Assembly (NCBI GenBank): GCA_963665125.2
Contig: CAXXUK010000001.1
Location: forward strand, 480,001-544,000
Direction: 5' to 3'
Source: an uncultured Desulfarculus sp.
Lineage (GTDB): Bacteria; Desulfobacterota; Desulfarculia; Desulfarculales; Desulfarculaceae
Length of the DNA stretch: 64,000 bases
Shown here piece by piece: positions 27,746 to 37,304 of this stretch (position 1 is its first letter; each line of letters begins with the position of its first letter). Below the pieces are notes generated by a model, which was not told where the DNA came from, made no database searches, and worked only from the letters and a program-made list of their open reading frames with translations. A program made the translations under genes and the position numbers.

Positions 27746-29251
27746 ATGAGCGACAACCTCGATTGGGGCGGCAACCCCACTCCCCTCAAGGTAATGGACC
27801 TGACCCTCCGCGACGGTACTCAGTCCCTGTTTGCCACCCGCATGCGGACCGAAGACATGATCCCCGTCGCCGAACAGATGGATGAGATCGGTTTTTGGGC
27901 CATGGAGGTTTGGGGCGGGGCTACCTTTGATTCCATGAGCCGTTTTTTGGGTGAAGATCCGTGGGAGCGTCCGCGCACCCTGCGCAAATACGCGCCGAAA
28001 ACCCCGTTCAGCATGCTGCTTCGGGGCCAGAACCTAGTCGGCTACCGCAACTACGCCGACGACGTGGCCAAGGAATTCGTCGACCTGTCCTGCGAGGCCG
28101 GCATCAACGTGTTCCGCACCTTTGACGCCCTTAACGACTACCGCAACTTCGAGGTCGTCGTCGAGCGGATCAAGGCCAACAAGCAGCATTTCCAGGGCAC
28201 CATCTGCTACAGCCTGACCGAGCGCTTCATGGGCGGCGACGTGTTCCCCCTTGAGTACTACATCGACAAGGCCAAGCAACTGGTGGCCATGGATGCCGAC
28301 AGCATCTGCATCAAGGACATGGCCGGCATCATCGCTCCGTACGACGCCTACAACCTGATCCTGGCCCTGAAGGAACACGTCAAGGTTCCGATTCACCTGC
28401 ACAGCCACTACACCAGCGGCATGGGCTCGATGACCATGCTCAAGGCCGCCGAGGCCGGCGTTGACATCATCGACACCTGCCTGGCCCCGTTCGCCCTGCG
28501 CACCAGCCACCCGGCCCTGGAGCCCATCATCGTGACCCTGGAGAACACCCCCAGAGCTACCGGCATCAGCCTGCGCAAGTGCCTGGCCATCAACGAGCAC
28601 CTGGAAAAGATCGCGCCTAAGTACCGCGACTTCATGGGCGGCAACAAGATGGCCCAGATCGACACCGGCGTGCTGGTGCATCAGGTGCCCGGCGGCATGA
28701 TCAGCAACCTGGTCAACCAGCTTCGCGAAAATAACGCCCTGCATCGCCTGGACGAGGTTTACAAGGAAGTGGCCACCTGCCGCACCGAACTGGGCACTCC
28801 GCCCCTGGTGACCCCCACCAGCCAGATCGTCGGCGTTCAGGCCGTGTTGAACGTGCTGTTCGGCAAGTACAAGCTGGTGACCAACGAGACCAAGGGCCTG
28901 GTCTACGGCCTCTACGGCAAGACCCCCACCACCCCGGATCCAGAAGTGCGGGCCAAGGTGCTCAAGGGCTACGCCCGGGGCAGCGAGCCCTTCGACGGCC
29001 GCCCGGCCGACATCCTGGACCCGGAGATGGACGCCGCCAAGGCCAGGGTCGCCGATATCCCCGGCGCCGACAAGTTCGACGTGATGACCAGCGCCATCTA
29101 CGACCAGACCGGCACCCAGTACGTGCGTATCAAGCACGGCCTGGAGCCGATGCCCGCCAACATGAAGGGCAAGACCCTGGAGGACATCGCCGCCGAGGAC
29201 AAGATTATGGCCGAGTGCAAAAAGCAGATGAAGGAAAAGCTGGCCAAATAA
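27746..29251 (+). CDS. Pyruvate carboxyltransferase subunit (PycB/OadA/transcarboxylase 5S-like), no biotinyl domain
   Basis: LRDGTQSL, WGGATFD, IKDMAG, HLHSH, QVPGGM and LVTPTSQIVG motifs; no AMKM motif. Confidence 0.92.
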   Translation: MSDNLDWGGNPTPLKVMDLTLRDGTQSLFATRMRTEDMIPVAEQMDEIGFWAMEVWGGATFDSMSRFLGEDPWERPRTLRKYAPKTPFSMLLRGQNLVGYRNYADDVAKEFVDLSCEAGINVFRTFDALNDYRNFEVVVERIKANKQHFQGTICYSLTERFMGGDVFPLEYYIDKAKQLVAMDADSICIKDMAGIIAPYDAYNLILALKEHVKVPIHLHSHYTSGMGSMTMLKAAEAGVDIIDTCLAPFALRTSHPALEPIIVTLENTPRATGISLRKCLAINEHLEKIAPKYRDFMGGNKMAQIDTGVLVHQVPGGMISNLVNQLRENNALHRLDEVYKEVATCRTELGTPPLVTPTSQIVGVQAVLNVLFGKYKLVTNETKGLVYGLYGKTPTTPDPEVRAKVLKGYARGSEPFDGRPADILDPEMDAAKARVADIPGADKFDVMTSAIYDQTGTQYVRIKHGLEPMPANMKGKTLEDIAAEDKIMAECKKQMKEKLAK

Positions 29252-29274
29252 GACCGGCTCGCCATAGATGACAG

Positions 29275-29310
29275 ACAAGCCCCTGCCTTGCGGTGGGGGC
29301 TTGTTTTTTT
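29275..29310 (+). terminator. Intrinsic terminator
   Basis: ACAAGCCCC...GGGGCTTGT followed by a T-run. Confidence 0.8.
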
Positions 29311-29427
29311 GGGTGAAAAGCCCTTGAATGGAAATAGGCAGACCCTGGCATGATGTTAATAAAAGGTCAATGATGGCCTGTTTTGCGGCCCGCCGATGCA
29401 AAGTCGGCCGTGACATTGGAGAAAACG

Positions 29428-30003
29428 ATGAAGGTTGTTGCGTTCAACGGCAGCACTCGAACCGGCGGCAATACGGCGATAATGATCGAGCATTGCTTCG
29501 GGCCCTTGCGTGAAAGCGGCGTTGATTGCCAAATGATTCAACTGGCTTCCCATGAACTACATTACTGTCAACATTGTCTGAAATGCCGGGAGGATAAACG
29601 CGCCAAGTGCCGTCAGGTGGATGATTCCTTCAACGAACTCATCGACACGATGATTGAGGCCGACGGCGTCATTCTGGCCTGTCCGGCCTATTTTGCCGGT
29701 GTCACGCCGGAACTCAAGGCCCTAATCGACCGCACGGGCATGGTCAACATAGCAGGAGGCTTCCCCCTGGCCCGAAAGGTGGGCGCGGCCATTGTCAGTG
29801 GCCGCAGGGCGGGGCTTGTCAGCACCTTCAGCGCCATCAACAATTTGTTTTTAGCCATTAACATGATTGTGGTGGGCTCGTCATACTGGAACATCGGCTA
29901 TGGGCTGCAGCGCGGCGACGTGGAAAACGACGCCGAAGCCATGGCCACCATGGCCGACCTGGGCCGCAACATGGCTTGGACCCTTGAAAAGCTCGTGAAA
30001 TAA
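29428..30003 (+). CDS. Iron-sulfur flavoprotein (flavodoxin family, Isf-like)
   Basis: NGSTRTGGNT, CQHCLKC...C, PAYFAG and VGSSYWN motifs. Confidence 0.9.
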   Translation: MKVVAFNGSTRTGGNTAIMIEHCFGPLRESGVDCQMIQLASHELHYCQHCLKCREDKRAKCRQVDDSFNELIDTMIEADGVILACPAYFAGVTPELKALIDRTGMVNIAGGFPLARKVGAAIVSGRRAGLVSTFSAINNLFLAINMIVVGSSYWNIGYGLQRGDVENDAEAMATMADLGRNMAWTLEKLVK

Positions 30004-30106
30004 CACCAGGGGCTTGTGACAAGTCATTCACTGGTCCACAATAGGCACAGACGCCAGATGGATGGGCGCCGACAGTGACAGACGGTCATAACAACGGAGC
30101 GGTAAA

Positions 30107-30622
30107 ATGCTCGACCAAAAGATCGAAAAAGCCATCAATGGCCAGATCAACGCCGAGTTGTACTCGGCCTATCTGTACATGTCCATGGCCACCTGGTTCG
30201 ACAGCATCCAGTTGCCGGGGTTTGCCCATTGGATGCGTGTCCAGGCCCAGGAAGAGATGACCCATGCCCTGCGTTTCCATAATTATGTGAACGAAAGGGG
30301 CGGGCGGGTAATACTGGAGGCCATAGACGCGCCGCCCACCGGATGGAAGTCGCCCATCGACTGCATTCAAGCCGTGGCGGCTCACGAAGCCAAGGTTACT
30401 TCGCTGATCAACGGCCTGGTGGACCTGGCCCTGGAGGTGCGCGACCACGCCACCAACAACATGTTGCAGTGGTTCGTGGGCGAACAGGTGGAAGAGGAGG
30501 CCAGCGCCGCGGAGATCGTCGGCAAACTGCGCCTGATCGATAAAACCAGCGGCGGCCTGTTCATGCTCGACAACGAGGCTGCCGCCCGCGTATTCAATAT
30601 GCCCTTGGATCTGACCATTTAG
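30107..30622 (+). CDS. ftnA: Ferritin
   Basis: QINAELYSAYLY, QAQEEMTHA, HEAKVT and WFVGEQVEEE ferroxidase motifs. Confidence 0.95.
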   Translation: MLDQKIEKAINGQINAELYSAYLYMSMATWFDSIQLPGFAHWMRVQAQEEMTHALRFHNYVNERGGRVILEAIDAPPTGWKSPIDCIQAVAAHEAKVTSLINGLVDLALEVRDHATNNMLQWFVGEQVEEEASAAEIVGKLRLIDKTSGGLFMLDNEAAARVFNMPLDLTI

Positions 30623-30656
30623 CGGCCCGTGGCCGAACACTTTTCAGTGGTGGTAG

Positions 30657-32135
30657 ATGATGAAAACCCGGTTCCTGATTTTCTCCCTTTTTTTGCTTTG
30701 CGCCCCGGCGGCCCAGGCCGCGGCTCCTGTCAGTGATGACACCCAAACCTGCATCGATTGCCATGTCCAGGTAACGCCCGGCATTGTGTCTGATTGGCGG
30801 GCCAGCCGCCACGCGGCCGCCACTCCCGCCCAGGCCATGAAAAAAAGCGGCGTGGAGGCCAAGATATCGGCAAAGAGCGTGCCCGGCGATCTGGCCGCCA
30901 ACGCAGTGGGCTGCGCCGAGTGCCACACCATGCGTTCCGGCAAGCATCCCGGCAGCTTTGATCACGAAGGCTTCAAGGTCCATACGGTGGTGTCGCCGGA
31001 AGACTGCGCCACCTGTCACACCGATGAGCGGACCCAGTTTAAAAACAACCTTATGGCACACGCCCGGGGCAATCTGCTTAAAAACCCTCTGTACATGGAT
31101 CTTGCCAAACAGGCCAACGGCGTGCAGACCGTGGAGGGCATGGATCTCAAGACAAAGGAGCCCACGGCAAATGATCAGGCCGAGTCGTGTTTTTACTGCC
31201 ACGGCACGGAGATCAAACCCATGGGTCTCCAGGCCAGGGAGACCGAACTGGGCGAGATGAGCTTCACCAAACTGGGCGGCTGGCCCAACCACGGGGTGGG
31301 CCGGGTGAATCCCGACGGCAGCAGGGGCTCCTGCGGGGCCTGTCACAGCCGCCACAAATTCTCCATTGCCGTGGCCCGTTCGGCCTATACCTGCGCCGAA
31401 TGCCATAAGGGCCCGGACGTACCGGCCTTCAAGGTCTACGAGGTCAGCAGGCACGGCGCGCTGTTCTTTGCCGAGCATAAGGACTGGGACATGATCGACG
31501 TGCCCTGGACCGTGGGCGAGGATTTCAATGCTCCCACCTGCGCGGCCTGCCACGTGAGCCTGCTCACCGATTCGGAAGGCACGGTGATCGCCCAACGGAC
31601 CCACGCCATGAGCGACCGCATCTGGGTGAGGCTGCTGGGGCTTGTTTGTTCACATCCCCACCCCAAGAACCCTGATACCAGCATTATCAAAAGCAGCGAC
31701 GGTTTGCCCCTGGCCACTTCCCTGGACGGCAAACCCGCCGGTAAGTATCTCATCGGTTCGGAAGAACAGGCCCGGCGCAGGCTGGCCATGCGCGACATTT
31801 GCCAGGCCTGTCACAGTGAACAGTGGGCCGAAGGCCAGCTAAAGCGCATCGACAGCACCAACGCCTCGGCCGACGCCATGGTCCTGGCGGCAACCAAGCT
31901 GGTGCAAACGGCCTGGCATAAGGGCTTGGCCAAGGGGCCGGCCCAGGGCGGCAGCCCATTTGACGAGTATGTGGAGCGCCTGTGGGTGGACCAGTGGTTG
32001 ATCCACGCCAACGGCAGTCGTTTCGCCACGGCCATGATGGGCCCGGATATCGGCGTGTTCGATAGCGGGCGCTGGCATTTGGCCCAGAACCTACGGCGCA
32101 TCCAGGATTGGCTGAAAGCCAATGGCGGACAATAA
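30657..32135 (+). CDS. Octaheme c-type cytochrome, hydroxylamine oxidoreductase (HAO) family
   Basis: Signal peptide; eight CxxCH motifs (CIDCH, CAECH, CATCH, CFYCH, CGACH, CAECH, CAACH, CQACH); GVGRVNPDGS and CHKGPD. Confidence 0.9.
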   Translation: MMKTRFLIFSLFLLCAPAAQAAAPVSDDTQTCIDCHVQVTPGIVSDWRASRHAAATPAQAMKKSGVEAKISAKSVPGDLAANAVGCAECHTMRSGKHPGSFDHEGFKVHTVVSPEDCATCHTDERTQFKNNLMAHARGNLLKNPLYMDLAKQANGVQTVEGMDLKTKEPTANDQAESCFYCHGTEIKPMGLQARETELGEMSFTKLGGWPNHGVGRVNPDGSRGSCGACHSRHKFSIAVARSAYTCAECHKGPDVPAFKVYEVSRHGALFFAEHKDWDMIDVPWTVGEDFNAPTCAACHVSLLTDSEGTVIAQRTHAMSDRIWVRLLGLVCSHPHPKNPDTSIIKSSDGLPLATSLDGKPAGKYLIGSEEQARRRLAMRDICQACHSEQWAEGQLKRIDSTNASADAMVLAATKLVQTAWHKGLAKGPAQGGSPFDEYVERLWVDQWLIHANGSRFATAMMGPDIGVFDSGRWHLAQNLRRIQDWLKANGGQ

Positions 32136-32137
32136 TC

Positions 32138-32458
32138 ATGAGTGATGACGACCACCGCATCATCCACGTTGATTTCAGGGCCCGCCGGGACGACGAGTTG
32201 TTGGACAACCTTGGCGAGTCCGTGAGGCGGGCCGTGGAGCGGCTGGCCGGCGAAGTGGCCGAAGACGGCGGCGACGAGGCTCTGGGCCAGCTGGGCCAGA
32301 CCTTGATCACCCTGGGCGCTGGTATCGTGGCCCAGGTGGAGGGCCGGGATGAGTTGGGGCAGTTACTAATAGATCTGGCCACGGCATTGCAACTGGAAGA
32401 AGCAAGACAAGAGCTAGAGGGGGTGTTTGCTGATGATGACGATGAACAAGACGATTAG
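32138..32458 (+). CDS. Hypothetical acidic protein
   Basis: Starts 2 nt after the cytochrome stop; host-like codon usage. Confidence 0.6.
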   Translation: MSDDDHRIIHVDFRARRDDELLDNLGESVRRAVERLAGEVAEDGGDEALGQLGQTLITLGAGIVAQVEGRDELGQLLIDLATALQLEEARQELEGVFADDDDEQDD

Positions 32459-32864
32459 CCTGGCCGTAGCGGCGGTGCTGTTGATGATAACCTTGGCCGC
32501 GGCGGCCCAGGCCGGTACTGAGGACAGTGAACAGGGCATGTTGACCCAGATCAAGGCGCAGTTGGCCAAGGCCAGCGACAGCGCCCGTATAGGGGCGGAC
32601 GACCGCGGGGTGTGGCAGCGCGACGCCATTTTGGGACGCATGCGCTCCAACACCATGCGCGAAAAGTTCAAGGACCCGCTGCTGCGCTGGGAACAGATCG
32701 ACGGCGCAAGGGTCAATGGCGATGAAGGTGATTATTGGGTGCAGGTGTCCTCGGTGCGCCTGCCCATGTTTTGGATCCGCCTGGGTTCGTTTACGGACAA
32801 GGCCGATGCCCAGCGCCTGGCCGACCTGATATTGGACATGGCCAATTCCAGAAGCGGTGAATAG
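32442..32864 (+). CDS. Exported hypothetical protein with SPOR-like C-terminal motif
   Basis: Signal peptide; YWVQV...FWIRLGSFTDKADAQRLA resembles SPOR repeats. Confidence 0.65.
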   Translation: MNKTISLAVAAVLLMITLAAAAQAGTEDSEQGMLTQIKAQLAKASDSARIGADDRGVWQRDAILGRMRSNTMREKFKDPLLRWEQIDGARVNGDEGDYWVQVSSVRLPMFWIRLGSFTDKADAQRLADLILDMANSRSGE

Positions 32865-32909
32865 CAATTTTAAAGGTTTAGCCAGCTTACGGGCTGCTTT
32901 AAACGTATG

Positions 32910-34610
32910 CTAATCAGCCTTGACGGTGATCTCCGGCAGGGCTGCCCTGTCGCCCTTTATCAGGTTCACGGCTTGCCTGGGCGCGAAGGCCCGGCCCGTT
33001 TCCGGCACGTACACCGACAGGCCTTCCAACTTCACGTCCTTGCCGTCCAAGGTCATCTTGTTGGTGCCGGCCATTAGCACGGCCCGGCGCCCGCCATGCG
33101 TGATGGTGATGGTGGCCCTGGCGTTTTCCGGGGTCCGCACCTCCAATTTCCGGGGGCCGAAGGCCTTGTTCAGATCCACGAATAGACGCTGGTTGAGGCT
33201 GTACAGATCCAGGCCCATGGCCTCGGCGCATTTTTGGCCGATCTGAGGGGCGTCCAGCAGGCCCGAGGGCGCGCCGGGACCAAAGGCATACAGCGGAACA
33301 TCGTTGCCCACATGGCCGTGGGTGGTCCAGCCGATAAGGGTGTTGTCCCGGCAGATCACTTGGCCGATGCCGTAATGGGGCTCGAACTTGCCGGGATATT
33401 TTTGGGCCTTTGCCGCTATTTCAAATATTTCCGTGGCATGGTCGGCGGTGATCCGCTGACCCCAATACTGTTTGAGTAATTGCTCCAACATTTCCGTGTC
33501 CTGGCTGTCGCCCAGCTTTTGCCAGATTCCCCAGGCGCTTAGTTTCATATTGCGTATGGGAGCCAATAGAGCATCAAGTTGCATGGTCATGTAGTTGATG
33601 TCGGAGTTGCCGTTGCCAATGCTCAGACCACCGGTGTCGTGGTCGCTCAGGGCCACGACCAGGGTGCCGGGGTGCTGCTTGGCGAAATCCAGGGCGATTT
33701 GGCAGGCCTGGTCAAACTGGGTCAGCTCGCCCATGAGTTGGGCCGGGTCATTGGCGTGGGAGGCCCAGTCGATCTGACTGCCCTCGATCATCAGGAAGAA
33801 GCCGTCCGGATTTTGGCTGAGTATCTCCAGGGCCTTTCGGGCCATATCCGTCAGACTGGGCTGGTTTGGGGCGAATTCGCCGCTGTCGATCTGGGCGGCC
33901 ATGTGGCTCATGCCGAACATGCCGAACACCGGAGCCCTGGTCACCTTTTGCAACTCGGTTTTGTTGGTGGGCAGGCTGTAGCCCTTGGACCTGAGTTCTT
34001 TAACTAGGTCGCGGCCGTCTTTGCGCTTGCCGCCCTGTTCCTTGGGCAGGGCGTAACGCCTGCCGCCGCCCAGGGCCACATCCAGGCCCTGGTAAACCAT
34101 CTGCAACATGATTTCGTTTTCGCGTTTGCGAGATTCCACATGGGCGGCGTAGCCCGCCGGGGTGGCATGGGTGATGCGCGAGGTGGCGACCAGGCCGGTG
34201 GCCTTGCCCAAAAGCCGAGCGCCTTCCAGCACCGTGGCCAGGGGCACGTAGCGCTGGTCCGGGGGCACGGTTTCGGTCTTTGGCACGCTGCGCAAGGCCG
34301 TGCTGACGCTGATGACCCGGCCGCCGCTGCGCACGCCGGTGGCCAAGGCCGTGGCCGCCGGAGCGCTGTCGGCCACCACCGAATTGGCGATATAGGTCTT
34401 CACCGCGCCTTTAAGATATGGGTCCATGGCCAGGGGCCCGCCCTTCCACCAGCGCAGCAGGGTGTAGTGGGCCACGCCGCAGCCGTCGGCGATGAGCACG
34501 ATGACATTTTTGGCCTCGGCCGGTTGCGCGGCTGATTGAACGGGTAGGCCGGCGATCAGCGATATGGCGATGAACAAGGCCGCCAGGGCCGCCGTAAATC
34601 TGCGCTTCAT
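32910..34610 (-). CDS. phoA: Alkaline phosphatase
   Basis: NVIVLIADG, DSAPAAT (catalytic Ser), THATPA, EGSQIDWASHAND, SDHDTG and HGHVG; signal peptide. Confidence 0.93.
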   Translation of the reverse strand: MKRRFTAALAALFIAISLIAGLPVQSAAQPAEAKNVIVLIADGCGVAHYTLLRWWKGGPLAMDPYLKGAVKTYIANSVVADSAPAATALATGVRSGGRVISVSTALRSVPKTETVPPDQRYVPLATVLEGARLLGKATGLVATSRITHATPAGYAAHVESRKRENEIMLQMVYQGLDVALGGGRRYALPKEQGGKRKDGRDLVKELRSKGYSLPTNKTELQKVTRAPVFGMFGMSHMAAQIDSGEFAPNQPSLTDMARKALEILSQNPDGFFLMIEGSQIDWASHANDPAQLMGELTQFDQACQIALDFAKQHPGTLVVALSDHDTGGLSIGNGNSDINYMTMQLDALLAPIRNMKLSAWGIWQKLGDSQDTEMLEQLLKQYWGQRITADHATEIFEIAAKAQKYPGKFEPHYGIGQVICRDNTLIGWTTHGHVGNDVPLYAFGPGAPSGLLDAPQIGQKCAEAMGLDLYSLNQRLFVDLNKAFGPRKLEVRTPENARATITITHGGRRAVLMAGTNKMTLDGKDVKLEGLSVYVPETGRAFAPRQAVNLIKGDRAALPEITVKAD

Positions 34611-34703
34611 TTGGCACTCCCTATGATTGTGGCTCATGCGGCGACATGATCGTTGGTTGATTATACGGCTGGTGCGCTACGGGGGCGTTACATATGGGTG
34701 AAA

Positions 34704-35348
34704 TCAGACGCCCCTTGCCTCCGGCGGCCAGATGAATTTGTGCATCTGCAACTGGAACCTCGCCTTGATCCCGTCTTCGAGCATCCACCGGACCACTTGG
34801 CTGGGCTCCAGCCGGCCGTGAACCATGCTGAGCAGGATTTCGGCCCTTTCCGCGAGGCCGTGGCGGCCGATAACCTGCCGGGCGTATTCATAGTCAGGCC
34901 GGTCGGCCAAAACAAACTTGATCTGGGACTTGGGGGGCAGATTGTCCAGGTTGGCCCAGCGCATGGCCCGGTCCATGCCCGAGCCGGGGCACTTGATGTC
35001 CATGATCACCCGAACGCGGTCATCGACCACTGAAATGTCCTCGGCGCCGTTGGTCTCCAAAAGTACCCCATAGCCCGCGTCGCACAAGGCCGTCAACAGA
35101 GCCGGGCAGCCTTCCTGGGCCAGGGGCTCGCCGCCGGTCACTTCAACAAGGTCCACGCCCAGGGCGGCCACCTCGGCCAGGATCGCCTCCATGGTCATGG
35201 TTCGGCCTTCGGTCTTGGCATAGGCCGTGTCGCACCAGCGGCAATCAAGGGGGCAGCCCGACAGGCGCACGAAAGCGCAGGGCAGACCGGCATATGTGGA
35301 TTCGCCCTGGATGCTTTTGAATATTTCGCAGACCTTCAGTTCGGTCAT
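34704..35348 (-). CDS. queE: 7-carboxy-7-deazaguanine synthase (radical SAM)
   Basis: EIFKSIQGE, RLSGCPLDCRWCDT, TGGEPL, ETNG and QMHKFIW motifs. Confidence 0.92.
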   Translation of the reverse strand: MTELKVCEIFKSIQGESTYAGLPCAFVRLSGCPLDCRWCDTAYAKTEGRTMTMEAILAEVAALGVDLVEVTGGEPLAQEGCPALLTALCDAGYGVLLETNGAEDISVVDDRVRVIMDIKCPGSGMDRAMRWANLDNLPPKSQIKFVLADRPDYEYARQVIGRHGLAERAEILLSMVHGRLEPSQVVRWMLEDGIKARFQLQMHKFIWPPEARGV

Positions 35349-35422
35349 GGTTTGCGCTCGCAAATAAAAAAGGCGAAGCAGGTGTTACCCCGCTTCGCCC
35401 ATTATAGACCTTTGCCGATGGA

Positions 35423-36058
35423 TTAGCCCATCTTCTCCTTGACCCGGGCCATGGCCAGGGTGCACAGGTGGTCGGCTTCCATGAACAGGCGAGCCTTTTC
35501 GGCCTTGGCAGCGCCCACGAAATCCTGGTCCTTGATGCCGGGCAGGTTGATGTCAACGCTGAGCATGCAGCTCTTCATGGCCGCCACGGCGGTCATGGCG
35601 CCGACGCCCACGTCGCTGATGGCCATCTTGTTGCCGTACTTGGAGAGCTTTTCGGCCTCGACACAAATCTCCAGGCAGGCGCGGCAGATGTCCAGGGGCA
35701 CGTTGGTGGCGTTCTTGCCGGCCTCTTCCATGGCCGCGGCCTTGGCCTTCTTCTGTTCGTCGGTTTCCTTGGGCATGCGGTACACCTGCATGTAGGCGTC
35801 AAAGGCTTCCATGTCCTTGATGGTCAGGGACTTGAGCTTTTCGATGATCGCCTCGCAAGCGGCCACGGCCTCTTTGGCCTGGTCTTCAAAATCCAGATAG
35901 GCCTTTTTGCCCACGGTGAGGTTGGCGACCATGCAGACCATGGAGCAGGCCAGTGTGGCCACCGCTGCCGAGACGTTGCCGCCGCCCGGGGCGTGGCTGT
36001 CGCTGGCGGCGTCGGCGATGAAGTCGCTGAAGACCATATCGTAAACGTTTTTAACCAT
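35423..36058 (-). CDS. fchA: Methenyl-THF cyclohydrolase (cyclodeaminase/cyclohydrolase, FTCD_C family)
   Basis: APGGGNVSA, MVANLTVGK, GNKMAISD and VDINL motifs; directly downstream of folD. Confidence 0.88.
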   Translation of the reverse strand: MVKNVYDMVFSDFIADAASDSHAPGGGNVSAAVATLACSMVCMVANLTVGKKAYLDFEDQAKEAVAACEAIIEKLKSLTIKDMEAFDAYMQVYRMPKETDEQKKAKAAAMEEAGKNATNVPLDICRACLEICVEAEKLSKYGNKMAISDVGVGAMTAVAAMKSCMLSVDINLPGIKDQDFVGAAKAEKARLFMEADHLCTLAMARVKEKMG

Positions 36059-36091
36059 TTTTATCCTCCGCTATTGGCCGGGCTTAAAGGC

Positions 36092-36952
36092 TTAGGCCAA
36101 GCCCTGCAGGCCGATGGCCTTGAGGGTGTTCTGCATGATGATGGTGGTGGTCAGCGAACCCACGCCGCCGGGAACCGGGCTCATGAAGGCGGCCACTTCT
36201 TCAACGTCCGGGGCCACGTCGCCGCAGATGCCCTTGCCGTCAGGGGTGGGGTTGATGCCCGCGTCGATGACGGTGGTGCCTTCGGCGATCATGTCCTTCT
36301 TGACCAGGCCGGCGAAACCGGCGGCAGCCACGACGATCTCGCCGCGCTTACACTCGGCAGGCAGATCCTTGGTGCGGGTGTGGCACACGGTAATGGTGGC
36401 GTTGCGCTTGATCAGCAGGCTGGCCAGGGGACGGCCCACGGTGTCGCCACGGCCGACCAGGGTGACGCGCTTGCCGGACAGGTCGATGCCCGCGCGTTCC
36501 ATCAGGGCCACGCAACTCAGCGGGGTGGCCGGAACCAAAGCCAGGTGCTCCTGGCCGCCCAGCAGGTAGCCGCGGTTGACCGGATGCACGCCGTCGACGT
36601 CCTTCTTCGGGTCGATGGACTCCATGACTTTTTCTTTGCTCAGGTGCTTGGGCAGGGGAAGCTCAACCAGGATGCCGTGAACCTTGGGGTCGGCATTCCA
36701 GGCCTGGACCTGGGCCAGAACGTCTTCTTCGCTGCTGTCGGCGGGCATGACCTTCAGATCGACGTCGACACCAAGGCCGCCGCCGACCTTGACCTTGGAC
36801 TGGGCGTAGACGACACTGGCTTCGTCGTCGCCAACCAGCAGCACGGCCAGCTTGGGCTCAATGCCCTTTGCTTTCAAGGCTTCTACATCTTTGGTGATTT
36901 CTACACGGATCTCTTTAGCGATGGGCAAACCCTTAATCAGCTCAGCCGGCAT
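36092..36952 (-). CDS. folD: Methylene-THF dehydrogenase (FolD family)
   Basis: YAQSK, KDVDG, PATP, VGRP and PVPGGVGSLT motifs; GILVELPLP in place of GILVQLPLP. Confidence 0.93.
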   Translation of the reverse strand: MPAELIKGLPIAKEIRVEITKDVEALKAKGIEPKLAVLLVGDDEASVVYAQSKVKVGGGLGVDVDLKVMPADSSEEDVLAQVQAWNADPKVHGILVELPLPKHLSKEKVMESIDPKKDVDGVHPVNRGYLLGGQEHLALVPATPLSCVALMERAGIDLSGKRVTLVGRGDTVGRPLASLLIKRNATITVCHTRTKDLPAECKRGEIVVAAAGFAGLVKKDMIAEGTTVIDAGINPTPDGKGICGDVAPDVEEVAAFMSPVPGGVGSLTTTIIMQNTLKAIGLQGLA

Positions 36953-37135
36953 TGCCGTCTCCTTTCTAAACAGAAAAACGAGGGTCAAGCCTCTTGTGAG
37001 GCTCGGCGCAAATAATTATTCATTAAAAGGGCCAACGGCCCCGGCACAAAACACCATAGCTGGGGGGGGCTGTCAATAAATTTCTTACAACCCCGGAAAA
37101 GTGTGTGTATTTTTTGTTTAGAACGGATGTTCGGC

Positions 37136-37164
37136 TTGACAGGCGGGACCCTGGCGGCTATTTG
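37136..37164 (+). promoter_or_regulatory. Sigma-70 promoter of the panB-panE operon
   Basis: TTGACA (37136-37141), 17 nt, TATTTG. Confidence 0.55.
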
Positions 37165-37177
37165 TTGAACATTGTTT

Positions 37178-37285
37178 GCGGCGCCTTTGGGCAAGACCGC
37201 TTGGATCAGAAACTGACCGAGACGGTGCACGTTGGCTCCCCATGGTGGGGATACGTGTGCCCGGTCAGGCGCCGCTTTTGTTTTT
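37178..37285 (+). ncRNA. Structured 5' leader RNA, pan-motif-like
   Basis: Hairpin ACCG-CTTGG-A-TCAG-aaa-CTGA-CCGAG-A-CGGT (37196-37226) with two bulged A; a second hairpin; enclosing GCGGCGCCT/AGGCGCCGC stem followed by a U-tract; directly upstream of panB. Confidence 0.7.
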
Positions 37286-37304
37286 ACTCCGTAGGAGAGG
37301 ATCA

